Assembly (NCBI GenBank): GCA_951406725.2
Contig: OX597829.1
Coordinates: forward strand, 54,870,001 to 54,934,000
Reading direction: 5' to 3'
Source of the DNA: Octopus vulgaris
Lineage: Eukaryota
DNA: 64,000 nucleotides
Both the position numbers and the translations under genes were made by a program. Each line of letters starts with the position of its first letter. The first letter of the stretch is position 1. The notes beneath the pieces were generated by a model that saw nothing but the letters and a program-made list of their open reading frames with translations, was not told the origin of the DNA and ran no database searches. Positions 13,576 to 26,150 of the stretch are shown here, piece by piece.

Positions 13576-13738
13576 AAAACCATTAGATTCACTTCAACAT
13601 TTAAATTTAATTTGTCAAAATATTTTCATCACTTTCAGACCACAACCTGTTCACTGACAAAATTCTGTGCTGCATCTCAAAGCGAAGAAAATATTTTGAC
13701 AAATAAAATTTAAATGTTGAAATGAATCTAACGGTTTT
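13576..13738. repeat. Inverted repeat with arms of about 60 nt
   Basis: aaaaccattagattcacttcaacatttaaatttaatttgtcaaaatattttc... pairs with ...gaaaatattttgacaaataaaatttaaatgttgaaatgaatctaacggtttt. Confidence 0.9.
13611..13661 (-). ncRNA. Degenerate hammerhead-like fold, G3-C8 core variant
   Basis: Minus strand reads TTTGTCA-GTGAACA-g-GTTGT(ggtctgaaa)GTGAT-GAAA-ATAT-TT-TGACAAA: 7-bp stem I and palindromic loop III, but stem II is mostly G-U and there is one extra G after A9. Confidence 0.4.
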
Positions 13739-13880
13739 TGTGTGTTTTTAAACGGCTTATAAACACCTTCCACACTGCACTGCAATTGCTTTTGTTTCAG
13801 CACACATTCTCAGATCAGGTCACTTGCTTTAAAGAGGAATCTACCTCCTCACAAAACCTCATATATATATATATATATAT

Positions 13881-15490
13881 CATCTTCATCGATTAACATC
13901 AGTTTTCCATGCTGGCATGTGTTGAACGGTTTGATTGAGGTCTGAAGAGCCAAAGGCTGCACCAGGCTCAAATCTGGTTTAGCAGAGTTTCACAGCAGGA
14001 TGCCCTTTCTAACACCAACCACTCTGAGTGTGTAGTGGGTGCTTTTTATGTGCCACTGGCACAGGAGCCAGTCAGGCGGACCTGGCATCAACCATTTTTG
14101 GATGGTGCTTTTTATGTGCCAGTGGTATGGGAGCCAGTCAGGGGGCACCAGCTCCAGCTACATTATTGGTTTCACTTGACTCAGCAGGTCTTCTCAAGCA
14201 TATCATATTGCTTGATGCATCAGGATTATTCTTAACAGGGCTGGACGTGCAAGGCTGCGATCTCACTTTAGTTACCGGGTCTTCTCATTCACACTGTATC
14301 TCCAAAGATTCCAGTCTCCTGTCATTGCCTCTGTGAGGCCCAATGTTCAAAGGTCATGCTTCACCACCTCATCCCATGTTTTCCTGGGTCTACCTCTTCC
14401 ACAGGTTCCTTATACAGTTAGGGAGTAGCACTTCCTTACACAGCTGTCTTCATTCATATGTAACAAATGGCCATACCAGCACAGTTGTCTCTCTTGCACA
14501 CCTCATTTGATGCTTCTTATGCCCAACTTTTCTCTCAGGGTGCTTACATTCTGTCTTGTATGCACACTGATGTTACACATCCAGCGGATCATACTAGCTT
14601 CATTTCTTTCAATCCTACACATGTCCTCAGCAGTCATGGCCCATGTTTCACTTCCATGTAGCATGGCTGTTCACACACAGACATCATACAGTCTACCTTT
14701 TACCCTGAGTGAGAGGCCCTTAGTTGCCAGCAGAGGTAGGAGCACCCTGAATTTTACCCAGGCTATTATTACTCTATTCACTCTCAGAGCAACCACCCCC
14801 ATTACAGACTTGGTCGCTTAGGTAGCAGAAGCTATTAACTACTATTAGTTTTTCCCCCTGACATGTGATGGAATCTGTTTTCGGTACATCTTCAGTATTT
14901 ATTGCCCCAGTGCATCTGCCACACACAAAAACTATTTTCCCAGTTAACCTTTCTTTGATATTGCTGCACCTTTTGTGTCCATAGCTTACACTGGGTACAT
15001 TGTATGGAGTTTCTACCCACACTTTTTCTACAGATCGAGCAGAGCCATCTACTTGAAGAGAGTTGTGATTTGACAGCCTTCCTACTTACTAAGACTTTAG
15101 TTTTTGCTAGGCTAAATCTAAGGCCCTTCGATTCTAGACCTTGCTTCCACACCCTAAACTTTGTCTCCAGTTCTGGCAGTGACTCAGCTATTAGAGCAAG
15201 GTTTCCAGCAAAGAGGAGCTCCCAGGGGCAGCCTGTCTTGAATTCCTTTGTTATTGTCTGGAGTACTATGATGAATAAGAGGGGGCTGAGGACTGATCCT
15301 TAGTGAACCCCAACTTCTACTCAGAATTGTTCACTATACTCACTTCCCACCCTCACCTTACTGACAGCATCCCTGTACAGGGCTTGTGCAGCTCTTACCA
15401 GCCACTCATCTATTTCTAGTTTCCACATTGACCACCAGATGAGGGATCGGGGACCCTGTTAAAGGCTTTCTCCAAGTCAACAAAAGCCAA
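13881..15490 (-). mobile_element. RTE-clade LINE 3' fragment
   Basis: WKQGLESKGLRFSLAKTKVLVS, FCYLSDQ; 3' tail next to (TA)n at about 13880. Confidence 0.88.
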
Positions 15491-15817
15491 GCACAAAAGT
15501 TTATATATATATATATGTTTGCCTGTATGTAAACACAAATATATATATATATGTATGCCTGTATGTATACACAAATCCACATATAAAACCAAAATAAGAG
15601 GACAAAGAAAAAGCTTAGCACATCTTTACAGCAATCATGCTGGAGCACCACCTTTAGTAGAGCAATCAGCCCCAGAACTTATTCTCTGTATGTGTAGTAC
15701 TTATTCTATCGGTCTTTTTTGCCAAACCATTAAGTTACAGGGAAGTAAACACACCAGCATCAGTTGTCGAGCAATGTTGGCGGTGGTGGACAAACACAGA
15801 CACACAAACTTATAGAC

Positions 15818-15875
<58 letters not shown>

Positions 15876-17499
15876 GATAAACTTCTTTCAGTTTCCATCT
15901 TCCAAATCCACTCACAAAGCTTTGGTTGGCCTGAGGCTAAGTGCCCTGCAGCAGGACTGAACCCGGAACCATGTGGTTGGTAAGCAAGCTACTTACCACA
16001 TAGCCACTCCTGAAAGAGTAAGCTAGTGTTAAGCTCGTGTTGAATGCTGTCTTCCTACTCTTCCAGGACTTCAGGGTGTGTGTGTATGATGAAATGATAA
16101 TGATAAGATATATCACATCTCTACTGTGTCTCAAATAATATCATGAACTAAGAACGTTTTCCATTCAGTCAAGAGAGGAAAAAGACAAACTTAGAATTCA
16201 TTTCTCACCCATGTGTTTCTGAACTATAGTTCCAGTTGAGCATCAAATGTACGTTGGAGAAAGAATAGGGTGAGAAATAGAAGTCCCTTAGAGGAGAAAT
16301 GGTATACAGTTCTTAACCCATGGTATGAGACATTAGATATATAGTGACTCCCATCCGTGCCACCCACCTAGGTGAAAGAGGGGTAAAAGTGAAAAAAGAA
16401 AGACAGAGAGGATTGAAATCACATTCTGCATGACATGAACTCAATTATTTTAAAATATGAATGTTGGAAACGATAGGATCCTCGCAGTGTTTATGATTAT
16501 GATGACCTTTATTAACATTTTCATTAGCATGCAACCATCATCATCATCGTTAATGTAATTACAAAATTTGTCTGCTTGAAAGTGCTTGTAATGCATTATC
16601 AAATTCCTTTGGTGAATGAAGGTCTGAAAAGAACATTTACTTCCCAGGAATTGACGACGGGATAGTACGAAACAAAAAATAAATAGAACTATCTTTCTAC
16701 TGTCTAGGAATAAGCTGTCTTTCGAAATCGCATATTTTTACGGGAAATATGAGGGCCGAAGTTGGGGGAAATGAAGGGAAAAAAACCCTGTAATTTTGGG
16801 GAAAATTTTGTTATTTATTTTTATTTATTTATTTTCAGAATCGTAATTTCCGTTGTTTGAAACACCAGAATACTTTTTTTTTTTAAAGAATCAAAAAAAC
16901 CACCCTTTTCCTTTCCTATGGGTTTATAAGGACTTCGATGGTAAACTATTCCAAAACTCCGCCATATAATGAACATTAGAATGTTAGTATTCTTCAGAAT
17001 TTAATCGAACTTAATAATTAGATTCTGCTTATAATTATCCAGAATAATATTTAGACAATAAAGTCATAATAACACTAAAAACAACAAAAAGCTTGAATTG
17101 CGAAATAAATTTTTATTCTGTAATATAACTTAGCTATTATATTAATTATTTGCTCTAAAGCTGCTAAACGCTTCTAGATTATTTATAAAACATAAAAACA
17201 TAGTCCAACAATATATTCAACAATAATTCCCTTCTCATTTTGGAATTGTTGATGCCTAAAAGAAAAGGTTAGCTTTTACGCTTTCTCAGTCCATCTCTTG
17301 TTGTCAGGTTATTGTGGGAGGGGTCAATGGGTCCATGGCTGTTTTAGTTTCGCACTCCTTTATTTCAGTCGGTGAACACAGAATAAAGCACCACAATTAG
17401 AGTAAGTAGGATACGGAAATCATATCGAATATGTTCCACGTGTAAACATCTAAATTAAGCTATTTCATTTCATTTTTGTACCTAATTTATTCAGGAAAG

Positions 17500-17707
17500 C
17501 AGCAACATCTATAATTGACCATTTTGCACACTCTTATGCTGATGTGAAAAAGAAATATTTAAATTTCAAATGAGAAGCTAAAACGAATTACGGAGGAAGA
17601 GCTGACAAGGAAGCCGACTGCATCGTCATAGTGAGTGTCACTCGAGGTTGGAGTATAAGTAAAGGAGAGTCACTCATGATTGATGGTAATTTGAGTCAGA
17701 TATAATA
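17500..17707 (+). promoter_or_regulatory. Putative SMARCB1 promoter and 5' UTR
   Basis: Immediately upstream of the ATG, repeat-free, with more CpG retained than in surrounding introns. The transcription start cannot be placed. Confidence 0.4.
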
Positions 17708-17800
17708 ATGGCCGCTCACACAGCAACAAAGACTTTCGGTGAGAAACCCAAATCATTCCAACTTGATGATGGAGGAGAATATTATTATATTGGCTCAGAG
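17708..17800 (+). CDS. SMARCB1: SMARCB1/SNF5 coding exon 1
   Basis: ATG in ataATGg context; MAAHTATKTFGEKPKSFQLDDGGEYYYIGSE; donor GAG|gtgagt; 93 nt. Not in the ORF track. Confidence 0.93.
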
Positions 17801-20800
17801 GTGAGTATATTATAGATATATATTTTTTTTTGCATGAAGATACCAAAATAAAAAGAATTAGTTTGTTAATCGTTACCGTGCAATCAGACAAGAACCTATT
17901 TAACCGGCCGGTTATTCATCTCGCTACCAATTTAATATAATACAATCTATTGTATATATATTATATATATATATATGTGTGTGTGTGTATGTGTGTATTC
18001 AAAAGCAAACTATATTAGTAGATTTTTGTTGGAAGATAAAAATAAAAGAAACAAGGAAAAGAGCAACTGTTTAACTAATTTAATCCCATTTATTGGAAAT
18101 GTACATTTCTGTTTTCTCTTGTTTTGTAATTAAAGTTGTAATTAAGGTTGTTGCAGAAATACGGAAATGACTTCGTCAACACGAAGCGCTGCTACCCTTT
18201 TTCTTTCTTTTCTACACAGGCACATGGTTGTTATTAACTTGATGCAGTCTCTATTCAGAAATATGGCTGAGACCAAATTTATATTTTTTTCTATCAACAA
18301 AGATCTCTTATGATGTGGTCGCTCGACCTCCTATCTTTTTTTGTATCTCACCCAAAGCTCCTTTTATTCACGTAGTCCTAAAAAGATTAGTGAAGTCACA
18401 GCAGAAATATTTTTGACCGTAGTTCTAGATGGGAGTTGGTCCTGGTGCTAAATAATTACTGCAGAGAAAAACAATTATAATAATAAAAATATAACAATTA
18501 GAAAATATGGCTGTTCACTTTTTCAAAGAAATATTGTGAAATGGTCGCAATTTGCTGAAGTTTCATTTATCGGCAGGAAACAGTTTTCCCACTGTATTAT
18601 TCTTCCCCCTAATTACACGGAACAAAACAACTTTTCAAAAGATTGCCAAGAGTATCTTCAGCACTAAAAACGATTTCTTTCTTCCTGAATTTCAGAGGTG
18701 GCTGCTACTGTATCTGCCACATTTGAAGCAGGCACTCGTACGTTTATTTATTTACACATACGTATATATACACAAACCAAGTGTAGATACTGTTTATGTA
18801 TGTTGTTAGTATAATTAGGTTGTACAGAATGCGGCGATTTCTGCTTTCATTTACCTTTCATTTTTAATGTTTACACTGATAACCAGATGAGGAAGGCATA
18901 GCACACACGCACGCACACTCACACACACAAATCTTTCTGTCTCTATTACGTGTGTTTATGACTATACAGAAATGATTTCTTGCATAAATTTGGGAAAAGG
19001 GAACAGTGGAAGACAATGACCCCTGTACTTGACTAGCGACTATAGCTTATCGACCCCGGAAGGATCAGAAAGACAAGTTTACCACGGTGAAATTTGAGCC
19101 TTAAGAGCCAGAACAAATATACTCCAACTCGCCAACCAATTCACCGCTTCTAGTAGTAGTAGTCGTAGCTGCAGCTGCGGCATCAATAATAATAATAATA
19201 GTAGTAGTATTAATAATAATAATAATAATTGGAAAATGAAATTGATATTTCGAAGATTTTTTTAAAAATAGAAACAGTTGGAAATTATACGCAATGTTAG
19301 TATTTTATTTATGAAGTTTTAATCCTGTTTAGCTTGAGTTTTAAGTCTGTTTAGTTGTATAAGATTCAGTTACGTGAATATTTCTTTTACTTAGGGGGTG
19401 GGGAAAAAAAAGGGTTCGGAAAGTTGGATATTCAGTTTCACTGTTGGAGCCAAAACATTTTAATTAAAATTCAGAGTCGTCTCCCCTGTTTTCGTGACTA
19501 GTTAATTATTTAACAAATGGTTTTTGTATCCTGACTATGTACGTAATTTTAACTAATTAAAATATTTGGGTTCATTACATTAAGTATGCTAGAATCTCAC
19601 TTAATTATTTGTTTTTATGCAGAAGATTTTCCTCCCGTTATTCTCAAGACAAGGATAATTCAAAAAAGGACAAATGAGCTTGACTATATAGCATTTGTGC
19701 TATCTAGGTACCTAACTGAACTCATATCATTTACAATCTACTTGCTCCTGTTCACGCCACCCCCACATGAGGATTCCCAACTCTCTTGTCTCCATTTATT
19801 GCGTCCAACCTCCCAGAATTCATATCAATAACTATGCCCTACCCTCTTTTCATCCCTATGGAATTTTGTCCCTGCTCATGTTTTCCCAAAGGTGATAACT
19901 TATAAAGATTCAAGGAAATCAATTTCATTGGTCTATGAAGATCCTGAATAATCCTGTACTGTCCTCTAGTCCCAGCAAGTTAAAAAGGGAAAACCCATAG
20001 GGTATTGTTAACTTGATATAAAATACTATTAGGGAGTTAGATGAAAGAAGTTTACCAGCGATACATACAAAGACTTATGGAACATTGGTGGTGATCTATA
20101 TTTTTAGTTCACTTCCTTAAAATCTGCATATTTCCACATTTGTATATACAGCAGGCAAACCTCCTTCATCAGGATCCTTTATGATAAAATATGCCAAGTT
20201 TACCGTGTTCTGTAGTTTTGTACTTAGAATATATTGTCTTAATTGACAACGTTTTTTTAAACTGAAAACAACCTGTTTCCTTTTAGAACTGGTGCCTAAT
20301 AAACTTATATGAATAATTAGCATTTTTATGACACACACATGCATGTGTGTGTGTGTGAATTTAGAAAAAAATTATAGCCACATGCATTGTAAATGACAGG
20401 CACTTCTATTCCTGGTGTGGGAAGAAGTTTGCTTTGCAACCACACGGTTTCAGGTTCAGTCTGACTAGGTGGCACCTTGGGCAAGTGTCTTCTTTTATAG
20501 CCTCAGGCTAATCAAAGCTTTGCGAGTGTATCTGATCAATCGGAAAATGTGTGTGTGTGTGTCTTTTTCTCCTTGTCTTGACATTGCGTAATAGTCATAA
20601 ATAATTATCACAGTCATGCATTGTCGATCAGTCTGCAAGAACTTTTGACCATAGGGCAACATTAGAAACAGGTGAGGATTGGTGACAGCAAGGGCATCCA
20701 ATTGTAGAAAATATGCCTCAAAATAAACTCTGTCCAGCCTATGCAAGCATAGAAAATGGATGTTAAAATGATGTTGATGATTATCCAAACTTAAATCTGT

Positions 20801-21222
20801 TCCAAATTTCTTAGAAATATTTGTCATGTTTTATTCCTAATCTTGATTTGTTAGTCCTTCGGTCCTTGGAGAGAATTCACATTGTGAATACAACTAGCCA
20901 CTTTCTCAATCATCATCATATTAATTATGAGCCTCTACATGGTTATTCGATTTATAGTTCTTCATGTTCCTAATATATGGAACAACCACATCTGGAATGA
21001 CATTAACTATAGACCTACCCAAACAGGGGCTAAATCAACTAAATTAGAAATAGAAGAATGTCTGATTCATTATTCTTATTTGAAAGCATTTCGTTTGTGT
21101 ATCTCTTCATATAACCTTATGTACTAACATACCTGAGCTTCCATCATTATCATCACCATGTTTAATTTAACTTAAAGTTGACCATGGGAAATATTAGGCA
21201 TAATATGCATCAGTATGCAGTG

Positions 21223-21560
21223 AAGGTGCATGGCTCAGTGGTTAGAGCATGAAGCTTACGACCGTGAGGTTGTGAGTTCGAATCCCAGACCAGGCTGCAT
21301 GTTGTGTTCTAGAGTAAGACACTTTATTTCATGTTGCTCCAGTTCACTCAGCTGTAGAAATGAGTTGCAACATCACTGGTGCCAAGCTGTATTGGCCCCT
21401 TTGCCTTTCCCTTGGATAACATCAGTGGTGTGGAGAGGGGCGGGGGCTGGTATGCATGGGTGACTGCTGGTCTTCTATAAACAACCTTGCCTGGACTTGT
21501 ACCTTGGAAGGGAATTTTCTAGGTGCAATCCCATGGTCATTCATGACTGAAGGGGGGTCT
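21223..21560 (+). mobile_element. tRNA-headed SINE, second family
   Basis: A box TGGCTCAGTGG and B box GTTCGAATCC; an inverted homolog lies at 21985-22289. Confidence 0.8.
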
Positions 21561-21984
21561 CTGCATGCAGTGTTGCATCATTTAAATAAGAGACAATAAT
21601 GTAAGTTCATTTTACCTAACTTCTTCAGTTTGTAGCTCATGACACTTAAATATGGATTAAGATGGTTGAGTAATGAAATTAAGCCAGTGCTTCATATTAC
21701 AAGTAATCTTGGTTAACTGGTTGTGGGGACTAGATAATTGAAAAATCTATTCATTAAAGGATGGCACTGATATTGTGTGTTAAAATGTATATTTTATTTA
21801 GTATATCCAAGTAAGGCAATACTGTATTGTTGCTGGCTTTATTTACCTTAGCCCTATGAAGCTACAGTATTATGGAACAATCTTAATCTCAGTCCAAAAT
21901 TAAAATTTTTAATGAGTAATTTTAAGAATATTCAGAACCACAGTTAGAAACTGTTTGGCAGCCCAGAATGAAACAACAGGGTAA

Positions 21985-22289
21985 AGACCCCCTTCGGTCA
22001 TGACTGACCATGCAATTGCACCTAGAAAGTTCCCCTTTGAGGCACAAATCTGGACAAGGTTGTTTATGGAAGACCGGCAGTCACCTATGCATGCCACCGT
22101 TATTATCCAAGGGAAAGACAAAGCCTGGCACCAGCGACGTTGCAACTCATTTCTACGGCTGAGTGAACTGGAGCAACGTGAAATAAAGTATCTTGCTCAA
22201 GAACACAACACACAGTTTGGTCCAGATTTCAAACTCATTACCTCATGATTGTGAGCCCTGCACTCTAACCATTGAGCTATGCACTTTCA
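21985..22289 (-). mobile_element. tRNA-headed SINE, inverted relative to 21223-21560
   Basis: Reverse complement shares ttgctccagttcactcagc, gtagaaatgagttgcaac, cccttggataac, aaacaaccttg and ctaggtgcaat. Confidence 0.8.
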
Positions 22290-22371
22290 TTGCTCTTTAC
22301 CAAACAACAGGACCACATTAGAAAGTTACTATTTGTAATTCTCACAACAAGAGATATTCAGTAACAGTAAT

Positions 22372-22498
22372 TTGGAGTAAAGATTGTTTGCCAACATAAC
22401 ATGGCAGTCCTGGTTTAGGATGAATGTTGCTGTAATTTAGCAACATTCGTCCTAAACCAGGACTGCCATGTTATTTTGGCAAACAATCTTTACTCCAA
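22372..22498. repeat. Near-perfect hairpin, 60-nt arms and 7-nt loop, in SMARCB1 intron 1
   Basis: 22372-22431 pairs with 22439-22498 at 58 of 60 Watson-Crick positions, plus one G-U and one mismatch. Confidence 0.95.
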
Positions 22499-24183
22499 CA
22501 GGATTACATATCAAATATACAAGCACACGAAACTTAATAAAACTGTCTTACATAAGCTAATATGAGTCAATATTTTAAATATTTGGTAATCCTTGTTTTG
22601 CTACACAGGAATGTCTGTTGTTTATACATTTTAGAAAGTTGTTCCAGCTGTATTTTATGAATTCAACAAAATGATGTGGAAATTAGCAAAACAAATGCAA
22701 TTGATATTATATTATGAAATGCGACAAGCACTATTTAACCACTAAACACAAAGATTAGATTATGATAATAATTTGAAATTTTGGAAAGTAAATGTTTGGT
22801 TTAAAATTCATTCTGTATTTCTTACATAGTTTATGTGAATTATATTTCAAAAACAGTTTCTAAATTAACTGTTTTAAATTTCATCCGATGGAATTTTATT
22901 TGGTTTTTGGTTGTGTCATTAAGATGGTTATGGCTAGATATCTATGGAAGTTATATATACCAGTATCTTGTAAGCGTTATCTGACAGTAAATTCAGACAA
23001 AGAACTGCAAAAGATTGTTTTAGTAAACAGACCCCAATGTGAACATGATCAGGGTTAAAGCACTAAGAAAGGGCCAGTCCTGCAGCCCAATCCTATCTTC
23101 CTTGCCCTGCCAGCTTTATCATTGCTATTCTGTTGCCTCATCTCCGTTATAGACCCAGGTTTCACCAGTCACTGCATTCCTTACTTGCATATCCTTGGTG
23201 ATCCTCTTCCTCGTGAGTGTATGCCCTGGCACATTCACCACCATATCTCTTTCTCTCTCTCCCTCCTTCTGTTATGCTCTTATCACCTGGCACAGAGCCG
23301 CCTCCTTCAATACCGCCCCACCTCTCAAAGGGTCTTTATCTTGCAAGATTCTTGGTCACTTCATTGGTGCTGGTATCACATAGAAAGCATCCAGCCATAC
23401 AAAACCCTGCCAAAACAAACTGGAGCTTGGTGCAGTCCTCTGGCCCGTCAGCTCTTGTGAAACTGTCCAACCCATACCTGTATGGAAGAAGGACGTTAAA
23501 TGATGATGAAGGTAAGCTTAAAAGTGAAAAGGTGATGATTAGTACAAAAAACTAAGTATGCATTACAATCATTAGAAGACTGATGATACTAACATTTTAG
23601 AGATGTTATATCAACTAGTAGCTACCAGTCAATCTAATACACCTAAAATATTAGTGCACTATCAGATTGCTCAAGATCCTAATATGTACTTAGTCAGCTC
23701 TTTATACTGATCGTTTCCGGAAGTGGTAAATAGTCTGTTACCCATTTGATAATTACATCTTTTATATATTTGTAAAGAAGCTGATGCTGGCGCTTGAGCT
23801 GTTGATGATTTGTCTTGTGACGAGTGTTTGAGAGATTGGATATTGAGGAAATTTAACCAACTAACATCTTTCTTTTCGAGTAGATTATGAGTAGTGTGGT
23901 ACTGTCTGAAAGTGAAAGATGGTTAATAAATGCTGGCGTTCTGCAGTTATGGAATTTGAAGTGATTTTGTGTGTACCATAAATTGCTAGGATATTAACTG
24001 CAGTGGTGTGACTGCAAAGAAAATTAGCAATGGTTACAATGCTTTTTAAGATTGCTGAACTACAGAAATAAAGTCACAGAGGAACAAGGCAGCCGGTATA
24101 TTCAACTCCATGCTGGCAGAGACATTGGATATAAAAAAAAAATTTTAAAGCATCATTTACTATTTTTTGTTTTTAAATTTTAG

Positions 24184-24289
24184 GTTGGGAACTATCTTCG
24201 ACTGTTTCGAGGTTCACTTTACAAGAAATATCCTTCCATGTGGCGCCGGCTGGTTACTGTGGAAGAAAGGAAAAAGATAGCAGCAATGG
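24184..24289 (+). CDS. SMARCB1: SMARCB1 exon 2 (winged-helix domain)
   Basis: ttttag|GTT; [35 protein letters not shown]; donor G|gtaatt, phase 1. Confidence 0.95.
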
Positions 24290-24651
24290 GTAATTAAAAA
24301 TTTTTTTTTTTAAATTTATTAAATTTACTTGCAAGTTTCTCTAACATTTGGAAATTCACAAAACTACTTGTGATAGAATTTTATATATGTATATAAAATC
24401 GGTAAGTTATATAGAAGAATCCAGAGTAAAAGACACTTTAAAAAGATGGAACTTGTCTAATGTTTTAGAAATGGTATATATGCAGATATGCTAGTTAGAA
24501 TATTTATATTCTCATAAAAGATTTTTTAGTAATTTTCATAAGTGTTTAAAAATTTCTTTTTAATTAATATTCATAAATTTTAGTTTGAACTTGTATTTAT
24601 TTATAAATATAATTTTTTCCTTTTGTTTTTCTTTTCATTTTTATTTTGTAG

Positions 24652-24778
24652 GTTTTGGGCAACATACTCTTGCAACTAACATCACTTTGTTGAAAGCTCC
24701 AGAAGTAGATGAAATTTTTGAAGGAAATGATGACAAGTATAAAGCAGTATCTCTTTCCAGTGATCCCTTTCCCACGAG
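24652..24778 (+). CDS. SMARCB1: SMARCB1 exon 3
   Basis: tttgtag|GT; GFGQHTLATNITLLKAPEVDEIFEGNDDKYKAVSLSSDPFPT; donor AG|gtttaa, phase 2. Confidence 0.93.
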
Positions 24779-25370
24779 GTTTAAATTTTGTTATTCTAAA
24801 ATAAATTATTAAGTAGTATCTTTGTTCTTTCGATCAAATTATCTCAAGTTGCCTTTTTAAACCAAACCTGATAGATCTGGCATTTATATTTCAATCGATA
24901 TCTTCTCACTGCATTTGTTAACTTTAAATTTCATTAGTACAATGTACTAATGTTTCAAAGGACAAGCTGCAATTATTTATTCTAAATGATTTCATATGAT
25001 TGATAAGTAATATAATCTCAATGGAAAGGATCTTCATTGATAAAAATCTGATTTTTTTTTTTACCTTTTTTCTTTCTTTCTTTCTTTTTTCATTTGTAAA
25101 AGAAATTATTGCTGCAACTTGCTAAAATACTTCAAATAATTGAACAAGCAATATAATTTTTCCATTTTCAATAAAAATGTTAAAATACTTTGTAAATTAT
25201 GTTCTTTCTAATTAATCTTTTGATGGAAATTTTCATTAATTCTTAAGCATCTCTGCAATTAAATGCATTTCTTTTATAGCTTGCTATTTTATACTTTATA
25301 AATATAACATTTCATTTCTGATTTGTAAATTTTTTATGTTTCATTCTCTCTTTTTTTTTTACTTCCAAAG

Positions 25371-25505
25371 AGAAAACAAATCCAAGCGAAACAATTGGGT
25401 ACCTGCTCTCCCTAGTAGTTCACATCATTTAGATGCTGTACCATGTTCCACACCTATCAATCGCAATCGGCTTGGAAAGAATAAAATGAGAACATTTCCA
25501 TTATG
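25371..25505 (+). CDS. SMARCB1: SMARCB1 exon 4
   Basis: Long polypyrimidine tract then ccaaag|A; [45 protein letters not shown]; donor TG|gttagt. Confidence 0.93.
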
Positions 25506-26150
25506 GTTAGTGCTAAGATTTTATATTTCATCGTCATCATTTAACATCCATTCTCCATGCTGACATGGGTTGGACAGTTTAGCCGAAGCTGGCCAGCAGA
25601 AGAGCTGCCTGGGCTCCATTTCTGTTTTTTAAAGGGTTTCCTGATGCCATCCACTTTACAGAGTGTACCAGGTACTTTTTACATGGCACCAACACCCATG
25701 AGCCCACAAGATTAGGCATGTTCGGGGACATGCAAGTACAACCATGATTTTACTTAGCTTGACGTAGCTTCTCAGTTACAGCAAGCTGCCAGATGTTTCG
25801 GTCCCTTGTCATCTCCTCTCTGAGCCCCAACATCTGAAGATTCTTTCTCATAGCTATATTCATTGTCATCATTTTAACTTATCCATGTTTTCATGGGTCA
25901 GATGAAATTTGTTGAGGCAGACTTTTCTATGGCTGGATGCTTTTCTTATTGCCATCCCCCACTTTTTTTCCACCCAAGATATTATCTCTTCTAGTGCTTC
26001 AGACATGAACAGATCAGTAGCCAGACATGTTTTCATGAAATATTGCAAACATAGTTGGTTTCTTTCGGATAAGGTTATCAGATTTGCTCACAAGGCTTTT
26101 GTTGGCCCAGGGCTATACAGTATAAGGAACTTGCCTAAAGTACCACTTTA

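Noticed and set aside
10964-16660. Minus-strand gene divergent from SMARCB1 (GTAAGT donors at 10964-10969 and 11897-11902)
   Set aside because: No consistent open frame or recognisable protein, and such hexamers are expected by chance. A lncRNA cannot be excluded without RNA data.
21226-21300. tRNA gene (A and B boxes); similar head at about 52150-52210
   Set aside because: No complete cloverleaf or T-run terminator; the sequence continues into a repeated SINE body.
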